The position numbers and the translations under genes were made by a program. A stretch of DNA of 64,000 bases, taken from Gammaproteobacteria bacterium. GTDB lineage: Bacteria; Pseudomonadota; Gammaproteobacteria; GCA-001735895. The notes under the pieces were generated by a model that did not search any database, was not told the origin of the DNA, and saw only the letters and a list, made by a program, of their open reading frames with translations. Position 1 is the stretch's first letter, and every line of letters begins with the position of its first letter. The DNA is taken from positions 1 to 64,000 of the forward strand of contig JBNKUM010000089.1 in assembly GCA_050298595.1 (NCBI GenBank), given 5' to 3'. Below are positions 54,369 through 63,650 of this stretch, in pieces.

Positions 54369-54917
54369 TTAAGCAGGTTGAACTTCCAGCGCTACATTGT
54401 TACGTAGTGTATTCGCAACTGGAGACCAGACATTTGAATGGGCAATGATTTCATCGATCTGCTCTTTGCTGGCATCTCCTTCTGCATCAATCTTCACACG
54501 CACTGCTGAAAAACCCAGAGTCTTGGCTTCATCCAGATCTCCAGTTCCCCATACGGCGGTAACATTAATATCGCCTTCCAGTTCTAATTCCAGCTTGCTT
54601 AGCTTAATACCACGAGCTGTTGCATTGGCATGCACACCTACTGCAAGACAGGCTCCCAGAGTAGCCAGTACCGCTTCTGATGGATTGGGTGCATTATTTT
54701 CACCTAGCAGATGAGGAGGCTCATCAATCAACATAGGCTCAAGGTCACGGACATAGGTTTGCATACGAAACTGACCTTCACATACGGTCTTTGCCTTCAG
54801 AGTCACTACTGATTCCGGATTAGCCTTACCTTTTTCACCCAGTTCTTTTAGACCTTCGCTATCCAGTGGACGCAGGCAGCTCATATTTTTTGCAATTGTT
54901 TGTTGATTTACACTCAT
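54369..54917 (-). CDS. OsmC-family protein (second conserved Cys replaced by Ser)
   Basis: DEPP.LLG...APNP.E..LA.LG.C; WSPV at the CPV position. Confidence 0.85.
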   Translation of the reverse strand: MSVNQQTIAKNMSCLRPLDSEGLKELGEKGKANPESVVTLKAKTVCEGQFRMQTYVRDLEPMLIDEPPHLLGENNAPNPSEAVLATLGACLAVGVHANATARGIKLSKLELELEGDINVTAVWGTGDLDEAKTLGFSAVRVKIDAEGDASKEQIDEIIAHSNVWSPVANTLRNNVALEVQPA

Positions 54918-54960
54918 GTTAATTCTCCAAATGGTTATTAGTTAAACATACTGGAGATAT

Positions 54961-55064
54961 TGCAACGGTCGAGCCATATGATGAATAATCCTGTTAAATC
55001 AATCACTTATATAAAATACAAGGATCACTCATCAGCCACAACAAAACTCTTTGTCGACATTGTC
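54961..55064 (-). promoter_or_regulatory. Sigma-54 promoter, IHF site and candidate UAS of the osmC operon
   Basis: TGGCTCGACCGTTGCA (54976-54961); AATCAATCACTTA (54997-55009); TTGTCGACATTGTC (55051-55064). Confidence 0.8.
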
Positions 55065-55106
55065 CATTGCTTACGAACACTTTGTCATCAATGTCACTGG
55101 ACAATG

Positions 55107-56726
55107 TCAAACGTCCAGCTTCAATTTCTTAATCCGATAGCGGAACTGGCGCGGCGTCATACCCAGACTCATTGCTGCACGCGTCTTATTACCCTGCTGC
55201 TGCGCCAGAGCCTGCAGGATTTGCTCGGACTCATCCTCTCTCACCCTTAAATAGGGTCGCAATCCATCAGTTGCCATAGAGCCTGGATTGAAATCTACTA
55301 CAGGCATTGTGGTCTCTGAATTTATTGCTTGCGGCTGCTCTGTAACATCCTGTATCTCTGGCGAATTTACACCCACCTCATCATCCAGAACCTGTTTTAT
55401 CAGTTCCTGTGATATCTGACTATCTACACATAACAACACTGCCCGTTTAACCAGATTTTCAAGCTGCCTGATATTGCCCGGCCATGGGTACTGCTCCATA
55501 ATTCTTAAGGCACCGGTAGTAAAACTCTGCTGGCGACCATATTCTTCATTGGCCAGGTTCAGAAAAAACCGACACAGTATAGGGACGTCTCCTCTGCGCG
55601 CGCGCAGTGGCGGCAAACGGATAGGGAAAACATTCAGACGATAGAAAAGGTCGAGTCGAAAGCGGTTTTCATTCACCGCTTCCTGCAGGTTTTTATGCGT
55701 GGCAGCCAGTATTCTGACATCAACATTAATATCCTTACTGCCCCCCACCCTTTGTATTACCTTATACTCCAGCACCTTGAGCAACTTGGCCTGTAGATCA
55801 AGATCCATATCGCCAATTTCGTCCAGAAATAAGGTGCCGCCAGAGGCCAGTTCTATCTTGCCCTGCTTGGTACTGACCGCACCTGTGAAGGCACCTTTCT
55901 CATGACCAAACAACTCTGATTCGATCAATGCTGACGGGATAGCTGCGCAATTAATACTGACAAAGGGCCCCTGAGCTCTTTTACTCGCCAGATGCTGCAT
56001 ACGCGCAAACCTTTCCTTACCGGTACCCGACTCACCCAATAACAGTACGGTGGTATTGGTATCAGCGACCTGTAATGCCTGCTGTATTGATTGATGTAAG
56101 GCAGGGCTCTGACCCATAATCCCGAACTGAGCGCCTTTACTTTCCAGTGTATTTTTTAATAACAGGTTTTCAGACATTAACTGAGCCGTACGTTCTGAAA
56201 TCAGCTCATTGATCACCAGCACCTGCGCAATAAAGGTGGCCATCACCTGCAGCAAAGCAAGGTCTCTGGCGAAGGGTCTTTCTCTGACACGCAATCGATG
56301 CAAGGCAAGCACACCAATCGGGGACTCATCTGCGATGATAGGTACTGCCATATAGGAAACGACTTCATCGGGTAAGGTACTACGATCAACGGCTCTAGCA
56401 AGATAGGTTGGCTCTTCGTCAATATTCTGAATCAACGCAATCTGACCCGTTTTATACACCTTGCCGGTGACTCCTTCTCCGAACTGATAGCTCCCTCGAT
56501 CACGCTCGTCTTTGGTCAATCCATAAGAGTACTGGATTACCAGGCTACCGTTTTCAAGATCAGGCAGTAATACGCGCCCCCGGTTTAAACCGAGCAATTG
56601 GGAAAGCAATCTTAATATGCCCTGGATGGCAGGGCCTGGTTCTACGTATTTGGTTATTAGCTTGGATGCTTCATGTACAACCAGCAATTCTGATTCAAGA
56701 ATGGATGACTCACTACTCAGATCCAT
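55107..56726 (-). CDS. GAF-AAA+-HTH sigma-54 activator (NifA-like architecture)
   Basis: GEGVTG GAF domain, GESGTGKE, GAFTGA, FLDEIG, WPGNIRQL, C-terminal HTH; AGGAG RBS before ATG 56726. Confidence 0.92.
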   Translation of the reverse strand: MDLSSESSILESELLVVHEASKLITKYVEPGPAIQGILRLLSQLLGLNRGRVLLPDLENGSLVIQYSYGLTKDERDRGSYQFGEGVTGKVYKTGQIALIQNIDEEPTYLARAVDRSTLPDEVVSYMAVPIIADESPIGVLALHRLRVRERPFARDLALLQVMATFIAQVLVINELISERTAQLMSENLLLKNTLESKGAQFGIMGQSPALHQSIQQALQVADTNTTVLLLGESGTGKERFARMQHLASKRAQGPFVSINCAAIPSALIESELFGHEKGAFTGAVSTKQGKIELASGGTLFLDEIGDMDLDLQAKLLKVLEYKVIQRVGGSKDINVDVRILAATHKNLQEAVNENRFRLDLFYRLNVFPIRLPPLRARRGDVPILCRFFLNLANEEYGRQQSFTTGALRIMEQYPWPGNIRQLENLVKRAVLLCVDSQISQELIKQVLDDEVGVNSPEIQDVTEQPQAINSETTMPVVDFNPGSMATDGLRPYLRVREDESEQILQALAQQQGNKTRAAMSLGMTPRQFRYRIKKLKLDV

Positions 56727-56886
56727 AACTACTCCTGACAATGTCGACAATGGAGTCAGTATGCTGATTAGCGATAGAGAATCTAATTTTTGCTAAGGCT
56801 CAGACAATCCTCACAAGCCTGGTGCATTAAAAGCAGTTAGCGCACCATGCTAGCGCACTAACTGCCCCAAAACGAACCTCCCAGGC

Positions 56887-57729
56887 TTAGTCCTGATTAT
56901 GCCAACTGAAACGCTTTATAAAGCTGACACAGATTGCATCGAGAAAAAATCCAATAACCCCGATGATCACCACCATGGCTGCCAGAGTATCGTATTCCAG
57001 TGTATCTCGTGCATCATTGATCGCATAACCTAATCCGCTGGTTACTCCCAGATATTCAGCAGGAACCAACACTATCCAGGCAACACCAACAGCCAGACGA
57101 ATACCGGCAAATACATCCTGACCTATGGCTGGCAATATAATACGCCAGAGCATCTGTGTACCACCAGCGCCCAGGTTTTTCGCCACCTTGAACCATAATG
57201 GATCGATGCGACGAACGCCCTGTGCCGTTGAAAAAACAATGGGCCAAATTGCCGCAATGGCGATCAGAAAAACGATTGCACTATCCCAGGTGGCAAAGGC
57301 CATTACCGCAATAGGCATCCACGCTAGTGGAGAGATCATTCTCAGAAACTGAAAAGGCACATGTGTCAACTCACGCATACGGGCAAACAAGCCGATAGCT
57401 ACACCAACTGGCACTCCGATCATCACAGCCCACAAAAGCCCATTACCTATTCTTTGCAAACTGGGTACAGAGGCTTCGATCATATATCCGCTAGTAACCA
57501 GATCAATCAGGCGACTAAAGGCCGGGCCTGGAGCAAAGTCCGCAAATGATTCGGTATCAGGGTTGTTAGCTATAATCCAGCCACCCAACCACCACAGACT
57601 CAGCATTATCAGAATACCTGCTGCTGGATAACCCAGGCGGCTCACTAAGAACTCTCCAATACGCGGCCAGTTTATTCCCATTTCAGATTTGCTCGTTTCA
57701 AAAGTCATTACGGACTGTGGTGTACTCAT
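56887..57729 (-). CDS. Nitrate/cyanate/sulfonate-type ABC permease
   Basis: ISPLAW.P, EAA-like loop, W..LV.AE...GLG. Confidence 0.9.
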   Translation of the reverse strand: MSTPQSVMTFETSKSEMGINWPRIGEFLVSRLGYPAAGILIMLSLWWLGGWIIANNPDTESFADFAPGPAFSRLIDLVTSGYMIEASVPSLQRIGNGLLWAVMIGVPVGVAIGLFARMRELTHVPFQFLRMISPLAWMPIAVMAFATWDSAIVFLIAIAAIWPIVFSTAQGVRRIDPLWFKVAKNLGAGGTQMLWRIILPAIGQDVFAGIRLAVGVAWIVLVPAEYLGVTSGLGYAINDARDTLEYDTLAAMVVIIGVIGFFLDAICVSFIKRFSWHNQD

Positions 57730-58964
57730 ATCTTCACCACTTCTTTTCTCTCATACGGATTTGCTGCATCTACACCTGGTGAATTCTCCCAGCCTTTGTA
57801 TTTTTCCATCGCTGCTTTTACATGCTTGTAATCAACCAGGTCATCCGCCACAAATTGAGGGTCCAGCTTCTTGATAAAGGTGTTGTCGCCACTCACCAGG
57901 GTATCGCCCATTGCATCAACAATCATCTTGGTAGCAGATGGGTATGGATAGGGAGAGAAGTCGATACGACCATTGCCAAACGCAGACTTGTTACGAATCG
58001 CATCAGGACTGGCATATTTATCTTCATCATAGTAGGTCATGGCCCTTACCACTGCCTTGCCCGGCATAGGAAGGTATTTTTTACCATCTCTCGACATCAT
58101 CATCGCAACTTCTTCCTTATTCTGCTGGGCGTAAACCTCTGCCCGCACGATGGCATTCATGACTTTCTGCGTCCATTCTGGTTTTGCATTAACGGTGTTT
58201 TCATTCATGCAGATAACACAGCAAGGATGGTTCTTCCACATATCGCCCGTGAAGCGCAACACCTTACCGCCTGCTTTCATTTCACCGAAGGCATTAAATG
58301 GCTCTGCGACGATGAAGGCATCAATCTTTTTCGCTGCCAGTGCGGGTGGCATATCTGGAGGAGGCATGATCATCAGATTAACTTCATCCTTCGCCAGTTT
58401 GGCTTTTTGATCTTTGATGACGGGCTTCAGGCCGGCACTACGTAAGCCCATCTGCAGAACAATATTGTGCATGGAATACCAGTAGGGAACTGCAATCTGC
58501 ATACCACCCAGATCCTTAAAATCTTCTGCGCCCGTATGCTTACCAACAACCAGAGCAGATCCATTTATATGTGCCCAGGACATGATCTTAACGGGAAAAT
58601 CATTGTTATAACGCATCCAGACTGGAATCGGTTTAAGGAAATGTACCAGATTGAATTTACCAGCGGCAAAGCCTTCTACCAGAGGAGACCAGCCACGAAT
58701 CAGAGTCGGTTTTTCTGCTTTAAGACCTTCGTCTTCAAAAAAGCCCATACCATGCGCAACCAGCAACGCGGTAGCATCGGTTATGGGTAGATAACCGATC
58801 CTGACTACCTCATCATCGGGAGGCGTCATACCCGCCAGACTCATACCCGGCATGGTCAGGCCAGCAGCCAGCCCACCCATCGCCATCATGTCGAGCATAA
58901 AGTCTCTACGGCTCATTTCATGCTTGTAAATATATTCTAATTCATCATCTTTTTGCTTGCTCAT
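57726..58964 (-). CDS. NrtA/CmpA/CynA-like ABC substrate-binding protein (Tat signal)
   Basis: SRRDFM, IGYLPITD, H.NGSA, AEPF, HPCC. Confidence 0.88.
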   Translation of the reverse strand: MSKQKDDELEYIYKHEMSRRDFMLDMMAMGGLAAGLTMPGMSLAGMTPPDDEVVRIGYLPITDATALLVAHGMGFFEDEGLKAEKPTLIRGWSPLVEGFAAGKFNLVHFLKPIPVWMRYNNDFPVKIMSWAHINGSALVVGKHTGAEDFKDLGGMQIAVPYWYSMHNIVLQMGLRSAGLKPVIKDQKAKLAKDEVNLMIMPPPDMPPALAAKKIDAFIVAEPFNAFGEMKAGGKVLRFTGDMWKNHPCCVICMNENTVNAKPEWTQKVMNAIVRAEVYAQQNKEEVAMMMSRDGKKYLPMPGKAVVRAMTYYDEDKYASPDAIRNKSAFGNGRIDFSPYPYPSATKMIVDAMGDTLVSGDNTFIKKLDPQFVADDLVDYKHVKAAMEKYKGWENSPGVDAANPYERKEVVKI

Positions 58965-58997
58965 GGTACATCTCCAAGGTTAATAAATTTGTTTGGT

Positions 58998-59816
58998 TCA
59001 GGCAGCTTTCTGATCGGAATCTTGCTTGTTTTGGGAAGTTACTGCTGCTTCAGATTCTGTTTCATGCGGGTGAATATCACCCACCAGGCTTTCAAACTTA
59101 GACATCAACTGTTCACGTTGGCGACTAAATTCAGCCGAAGCTCTATTGCGAGGAAGTGGCAAATCTATATTGACCTCACCAACAATCCGTCCAGGGTTGG
59201 CCGACATGATGAGTACACGGTCAGCCATCGCAACCGCTTCATCGATATCGTGGGTCACTATGACCATTGTCAGGCCTTCCTGAGTAACGATGTTCGCTAC
59301 ATCGTCCTGCAGACTGGCACGGGTAAAGGCATCCAGCGCTGAAAAAGGTTCATCCAGTAACAGCAATTCCGGCGAGGTCGCCATAGAGCGGGCTACTGCT
59401 ACACGCTGCTGCTGACCACCTGACAGGCTCTGTACATTGGCATCAGCCTTATCCGACAGACCTACCATGGCCAGCAGTCGATCTATCTTTTTAGCATCGC
59501 GCTTACCGGTGAATATCAATCCCAGTTCAGCGTTCTCGCGTACGCTCATCCAGGGATATAAAGAGGGTTTCTGAAACATCATGTTCCATTTTGCACTGGG
59601 CTTGGTCACAGTATGCCCATGAATACGCACACAGCCCTGAGATGGCATCAGTAATCCCGCCAACATATGTAACAGCGTGGATTTTCCACAACCACTACGT
59701 CCGATAAGAGCGATTTTTTCGCCCGGTTTAATCTGTAACTCTATATTTTCAAGGGTTGGCTGCTTCTGCCCCTTAAATGTGTGAGTGATGAAATCGATAC
59801 TTAAGTTTGCACTCAT
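58998..59816 (-). CDS. ABC ATPase (NrtD/TauB-type)
   Basis: GRSGCGKS, LSGGQQQR, DEPFSALD, VTHD. Confidence 0.92.
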   Translation of the reverse strand: MSANLSIDFITHTFKGQKQPTLENIELQIKPGEKIALIGRSGCGKSTLLHMLAGLLMPSQGCVRIHGHTVTKPSAKWNMMFQKPSLYPWMSVRENAELGLIFTGKRDAKKIDRLLAMVGLSDKADANVQSLSGGQQQRVAVARSMATSPELLLLDEPFSALDAFTRASLQDDVANIVTQEGLTMVIVTHDIDEAVAMADRVLIMSANPGRIVGEVNIDLPLPRNRASAEFSRQREQLMSKFESLVGDIHPHETESEAAVTSQNKQDSDQKAA

Positions 59817-59850
59817 GGCAATACCTCAAAACATAATTTGATTTCTTCAA

Positions 59851-60045
59851 TGCAGGGATCATGCCATAAGCATTACTGTCCGTTTCAGCCGTTTCATTAC
59901 GACTTTCTCTACCTTTGTCCATTCTGTCATGTCCACATTGTCGACTTTGTCGGACAAACTCAGCGCTCTTTAGCCCTTCATATACATGTTTTTATGTACA
60001 CAGCTAATAACTTCCCCAAAAAACGACTCTGGCATTGCATTTGCA
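59851..60045. promoter_or_regulatory. Divergent sigma-54 promoters with a central candidate UAS
   Basis: Minus strand TGGCATGATCCCTGCA (59866-59851); plus strand TGGCATTGCATTTGCA (60030-60045); TTGTCGACTTTGTC (59938-59951). Confidence 0.8.
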
Positions 60046-60098
60046 TTGCAGCAATTACCAATAACTGAATCGTTACTAATTAATCGAGGTAAAAATCT

Positions 60099-60539
60099 AT
60101 GAATAAACACGAAATGAAAGAAGCCATACTGGCTGCAAAAAAAGATAAAGGACTCAGCTGGGCAGCCATTGCTGAAGCAGCCGGACTGGCGCCTGAATAT
60201 ACCACCTCAGCCTGCCTGGGCATGAATCACCTGGAAAAAGAGAATGCAGATCCAGTAGCAGAGATTCTGGGACTGGGTGCAGATCTTTCATCTGCTCTAC
60301 AGGACTACCCGAACAAGAAATGGGAACAGATGGTACCTACTGACCCTGTCATTTATCGCTGGTATGAAATTGTTGGTGTGTATGGCGAAACCATTAAAGA
60401 ACTGATCCATGAAAAATTTGGCGATGGCATCATGTCAGCTATCGATTTCACCATGAATATCGACAAGCAGGAAGATCCTAAAGGAGACCGAGTCGTGGTA
60501 ACACTGAATGGTAAATTCCTGCCTTATAAATCCTGGTAA
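60099..60539 (+). CDS. cynS: Cyanate hydratase (cyanase)
   Basis: PTDP.IYR.YE, E.FGDGIMSAIDF, GK.LPY. Confidence 0.96.
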   Translation: MNKHEMKEAILAAKKDKGLSWAAIAEAAGLAPEYTTSACLGMNHLEKENADPVAEILGLGADLSSALQDYPNKKWEQMVPTDPVIYRWYEIVGVYGETIKELIHEKFGDGIMSAIDFTMNIDKQEDPKGDRVVVTLNGKFLPYKSW

Positions 60540-60569
60540 TCACTGACAGACAGATTAACTGCAAAGCCA

Positions 60570-60600
60570 TACTCCCGAGCGCTAATTAAGGCTTGGGAGT
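60570..60600. terminator. Hairpin between convergent cynS and cobD
   Basis: ACTCCCGAGC...GCTTGGGAGT. Confidence 0.55.
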
Positions 60601-60621
60601 GATTTTAATCAGGCTCAGCAT

Positions 60622-61611
60622 TCACTTGTGGCTTGTTAATTCGTACAAAGCCTTATCCAGACGCGCCCACTCCACTTCTGTAGCAGGTAGCCCAAAACGC
60701 AGGCTATCCGGCTGATTAAACAGCCGAGTCAGAATTCCCCGCTGCGCCAGCGCCTGATGCAGGTCACTGGCACTGGAGGTGCAGATCCATTGGAACAACG
60801 TGCTACCGCCGCTGGGGGTAAGCCCATGCTTCGATAGTAAACTATGTAGGCGCTCGCCTGCGGCTAAAAGCTGTTGACGCGCGGTTATCTGCCATTGATG
60901 ATCACTCAGCGCGGCGGCGGCGACCCAGCGCGCGGCGGCGTTGATGCACCAGGGTCCAAGCAGGGCTTGCAGCGCATCGAGCAGGGATGGATGAGCGCAC
61001 ACAAAACCCACTCGCGCCCCTGCAAGACCAAAAAACTTGCCCAGCGAACGCAACACGATCAACCCCTGATTGCTTGCATGAGCGCACAGACTCAGCTCTG
61101 GTGTGCTATCCATAAACGCTTCGTCAATCACCAGCCAACCGCCGCGTGCCGCGAGTCGTTGATGCCAGTCGAGTAGTTGCTCTGTCGCAAAGCGAACCCC
61201 GCTGGGGTTGTTGGGATGGATCACAACCACCACATCGTTATGCGCTATCGCCTCATCCAGATGTTCCGCAGCACAGGCGCTGACCTCGTGACCAGCTCGC
61301 CGCCATGCAGCAGCATGCTCTGCATAGCCAGGACTAAGTACCGCCACCCGCGAATGCGCACGCAAACGCGGCAATGCCTGAATGGCCGCCTGGGAACCGG
61401 CCACCGCCAAGATAGGCCCACTCGCATAATACGCCTGCGCAGCCTGTTCCAGGCCATCATCCTCCTCAGGTAGACGCGTCCACAGCGAAGCGGGAATCTC
61501 GGGTAGCGGCCAGCCGTTAGGGTTGATACCGGTGGAAAGATCGAGCCAGTCTTCCAGCGCAATATTATAGCGCTGCGCTGCCTGGCGAATTTTGCCACCA
61601 TGCTCAAGCAT
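60622..61611 (-). CDS. cobD: Threonine-phosphate decarboxylase (Salmonella CobD / P. denitrificans CobC)
   Basis: HGG, DLSTGINP, PNNP, DEAF.D, RS.GKFFGLAG.R. Confidence 0.9.
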   Translation of the reverse strand: MLEHGGKIRQAAQRYNIALEDWLDLSTGINPNGWPLPEIPASLWTRLPEEDDGLEQAAQAYYASGPILAVAGSQAAIQALPRLRAHSRVAVLSPGYAEHAAAWRRAGHEVSACAAEHLDEAIAHNDVVVVIHPNNPSGVRFATEQLLDWHQRLAARGGWLVIDEAFMDSTPELSLCAHASNQGLIVLRSLGKFFGLAGARVGFVCAHPSLLDALQALLGPWCINAAARWVAAAALSDHQWQITARQQLLAAGERLHSLLSKHGLTPSGGSTLFQWICTSSASDLHQALAQRGILTRLFNQPDSLRFGLPATEVEWARLDKALYELTSHK

Positions 61612-62524
61612 AGGTCATCAAGCCTCCAGCAATCACTAGCACCGCAAGCCACAACAGCACGCCATTGCGCACCAGTGACAGCGCCCGTTCGATGTCATTG
61701 CTCTGAGGAGGATGACCCCGGCCCAGTTGGGGGCGTTGATGCCATTCTCCCCGATAACAGGCCGGTCCGCCCAGCGCGACACCCAGGGCGCCCGCCCCGG
61801 CAGCCATGACAGGACCCGCATTGGGGCTATCCCACACAGCAGCCTGGGTCCGCCAGCATGACAACGCGCTTACCGGCATACCAAGCAGCGCATAGGTCAG
61901 GGCCGTGAGGCGTGCAGGAATATAGTTGAGCAGGTCATCAAGGCGCGCCGCCGCCCAGCCAAAATACCTGTAGCGGTCATTACGGTAGCCCCACATGGCA
62001 TCCAGCGTATTGACCAGCCGATACAGTACAACCCCTGCACCGCCTGCGATAACAAACCAGAACAGCGCGCCGAACACGCCATCGTTGCCATTTTCCAGTA
62101 CTGATTCAGTGGTAGCGAGCGGGATATCCAGTTGCTCGGGGTCACGGCTGACTATGCGGCTGGCCAAATGGCGCGCTAGTGTATCATCACCATTGCGTAA
62201 GGACTCTGCTACCGGGCTTGCATGCTGATGCAGGCTTTTATGTCCGAGGGCAAAGTACAGCAACAGTATACTGATGACGTTGCCAATATAGGGCAGCATG
62301 ACGAATACAGCAGCGATCAGCGTAATCGGCAGAACCAGTATCAGCACGCCCAGTATACCTCGCAGACGGCGCTCGCCTGAGCTGGCCCGCTCAGCGCCAT
62401 AGATAATCCGTTCCAGTTGTTTGACTAGCTTGCCGAACCCGACCAGCGGATGCCATCGCCCGGGCTCGCCCAGTAGCCAGTCCAGCAGCACCGCAGCCAC
62501 TGCCGACAGGGCCAGACTCAACAT
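61604..62524 (-). CDS. cbiB: Adenosylcobinamide-phosphate synthase
   Basis: D..LGEP..HP, VSRD, ES..EN, NTLDAM.GY, SPNAG. Confidence 0.93.
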   Translation of the reverse strand: MLSLALSAVAAVLLDWLLGEPGRWHPLVGFGKLVKQLERIIYGAERASSGERRLRGILGVLILVLPITLIAAVFVMLPYIGNVISILLLYFALGHKSLHQHASPVAESLRNGDDTLARHLASRIVSRDPEQLDIPLATTESVLENGNDGVFGALFWFVIAGGAGVVLYRLVNTLDAMWGYRNDRYRYFGWAAARLDDLLNYIPARLTALTYALLGMPVSALSCWRTQAAVWDSPNAGPVMAAGAGALGVALGGPACYRGEWHQRPQLGRGHPPQSNDIERALSLVRNGVLLWLAVLVIAGGLMTYA

Positions 62525-63177
62525 GGCTGTTCCTCAGCATAGTTGTCCCAACTGTTTTCAAATACAAACTCCTGCCATTGCTGTCTTTGTGTCCAGCCAT
62601 GCATTTCCAGCATCGGTTGCGGATAGAACTCCTCAACATGACCGAGACAGAGGATGGCAACAGGCCGAGCACCGCTGGGCATCGCCAGCAATTGCGCCAG
62701 TGCGAGTGGGTCGAACAGGGAAACCCAGCCCAGTCCCAGTCCTTCAGCGCGCGCCGCTAGCCACATATTCTGGATCGCGCAGGCGACCGAAGCCAGATCC
62801 ATCTCCGGCATGGTGCGGCGACCAAACAATAGTCGTTCACGCCCATCCATCAGCGCCACCACGAAAAGTTCACCACACTCGCGCACACCTTCCACCTTGA
62901 GCTGCATAAACTCACTCTTGCGTTCGCCCAGCGCGTCAGCTGTACGCAGGCGCTCCTTTCCCACCAGTGCGTGAATTTCCTGACGCACTTGTGTATCGCT
63001 AATGCGGATAAAACGCCATGGCTGTATCAGGCCGACACTGGGTGCCTGATGTGCCGCTTCTAGCAGACGCTCTAGCACCGCTGGATCCACAGGGTCTGGC
63101 AGGAAATGGCGCATGTCACGCCGTTCGCGTATGGCGCGATAGACGGCATCGATTTCTTTTTCTGAGTATCTGCTCAT
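62518..63177 (-). CDS. bluB: 5,6-dimethylbenzimidazole synthase
   Basis: RRDMRHF, APSVG..QPW, LKVEG, GRRT.PEMD, GLG.GWVS. Confidence 0.93.
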   Translation of the reverse strand: MSRYSEKEIDAVYRAIRERRDMRHFLPDPVDPAVLERLLEAAHQAPSVGLIQPWRFIRISDTQVRQEIHALVGKERLRTADALGERKSEFMQLKVEGVRECGELFVVALMDGRERLLFGRRTMPEMDLASVACAIQNMWLAARAEGLGLGWVSLFDPLALAQLLAMPSGARPVAILCLGHVEEFYPQPMLEMHGWTQRQQWQEFVFENSWDNYAEEQPC

Positions 63178-63281
63178 GACCGAAACAACCCGGCGCTTAC
63201 CTCGTCACGTGAAACTGCAATGCTCACGCCCTGCATGGCCGCACACAGCAATACCGTCACATAGATATAACATTTCTTCAT
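63174..63281 (-). pseudogene. 35-aa ORF, probable deletion scar (signal peptide + tail coupled to bluB)
   Basis: GAGGGG RBS, MKK + hydrophobic core + SIA; stop overlaps the bluB start (ATGA). Confidence 0.45.
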
Positions 63282-63409
63282 TTTCCCCTCAGGCACGCTC
63301 ACCCGCATGCAAAACCAGATGATATATATGCAAGGCGGGGGAAACAGACACAAACAGGAGAGATAGAAACCCTGAAGCCTGAGCATAGCCCACCGCAATG
63401 CTAACCTAC

Positions 63410-63617
63410 GGCTTCAGGTCGGTCTCCGGACTCGTGAGTGGTCTAATAAAGACCTGGCAGATCGCCTTCCCGCGTCAAACGCAGTGGCTGAGTGATCCGC
63501 CGCAACTCACTTACCGTTGCGGGGGCAGTGCCGGAATTATTCCTGAGCAGAATGTCAGGTACGCACCGGCTTCCCGTTTAATCCTGTGGGTGGATACCTA
63601 AAGGACACCTGAAGCAG
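63410..63617 (-). ncRNA. Cobalamin riboswitch
   Basis: AGGTG, AAACGGGAAGCCGGTG, ATTCCGGCACTGCCCCCGCAACGGTA, GCCACTG..GGGAAGGC, GAGTCCGGAGACCGACC; upstream of cob genes. Confidence 0.93.
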
Positions 63618-63650
63618 ATTTGCGCAAGGTATAGAAGCTCCAAAGCGATG

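Noticed and set aside
55107-56726. nifA / nitrogen fixation
   Set aside because: Same architecture, but no nif genes and a different upstream motif
63201-63216. parS-like site (TCACGTGAAAC)
   Set aside because: Only 11 of 16 positions match and the left arm is broken
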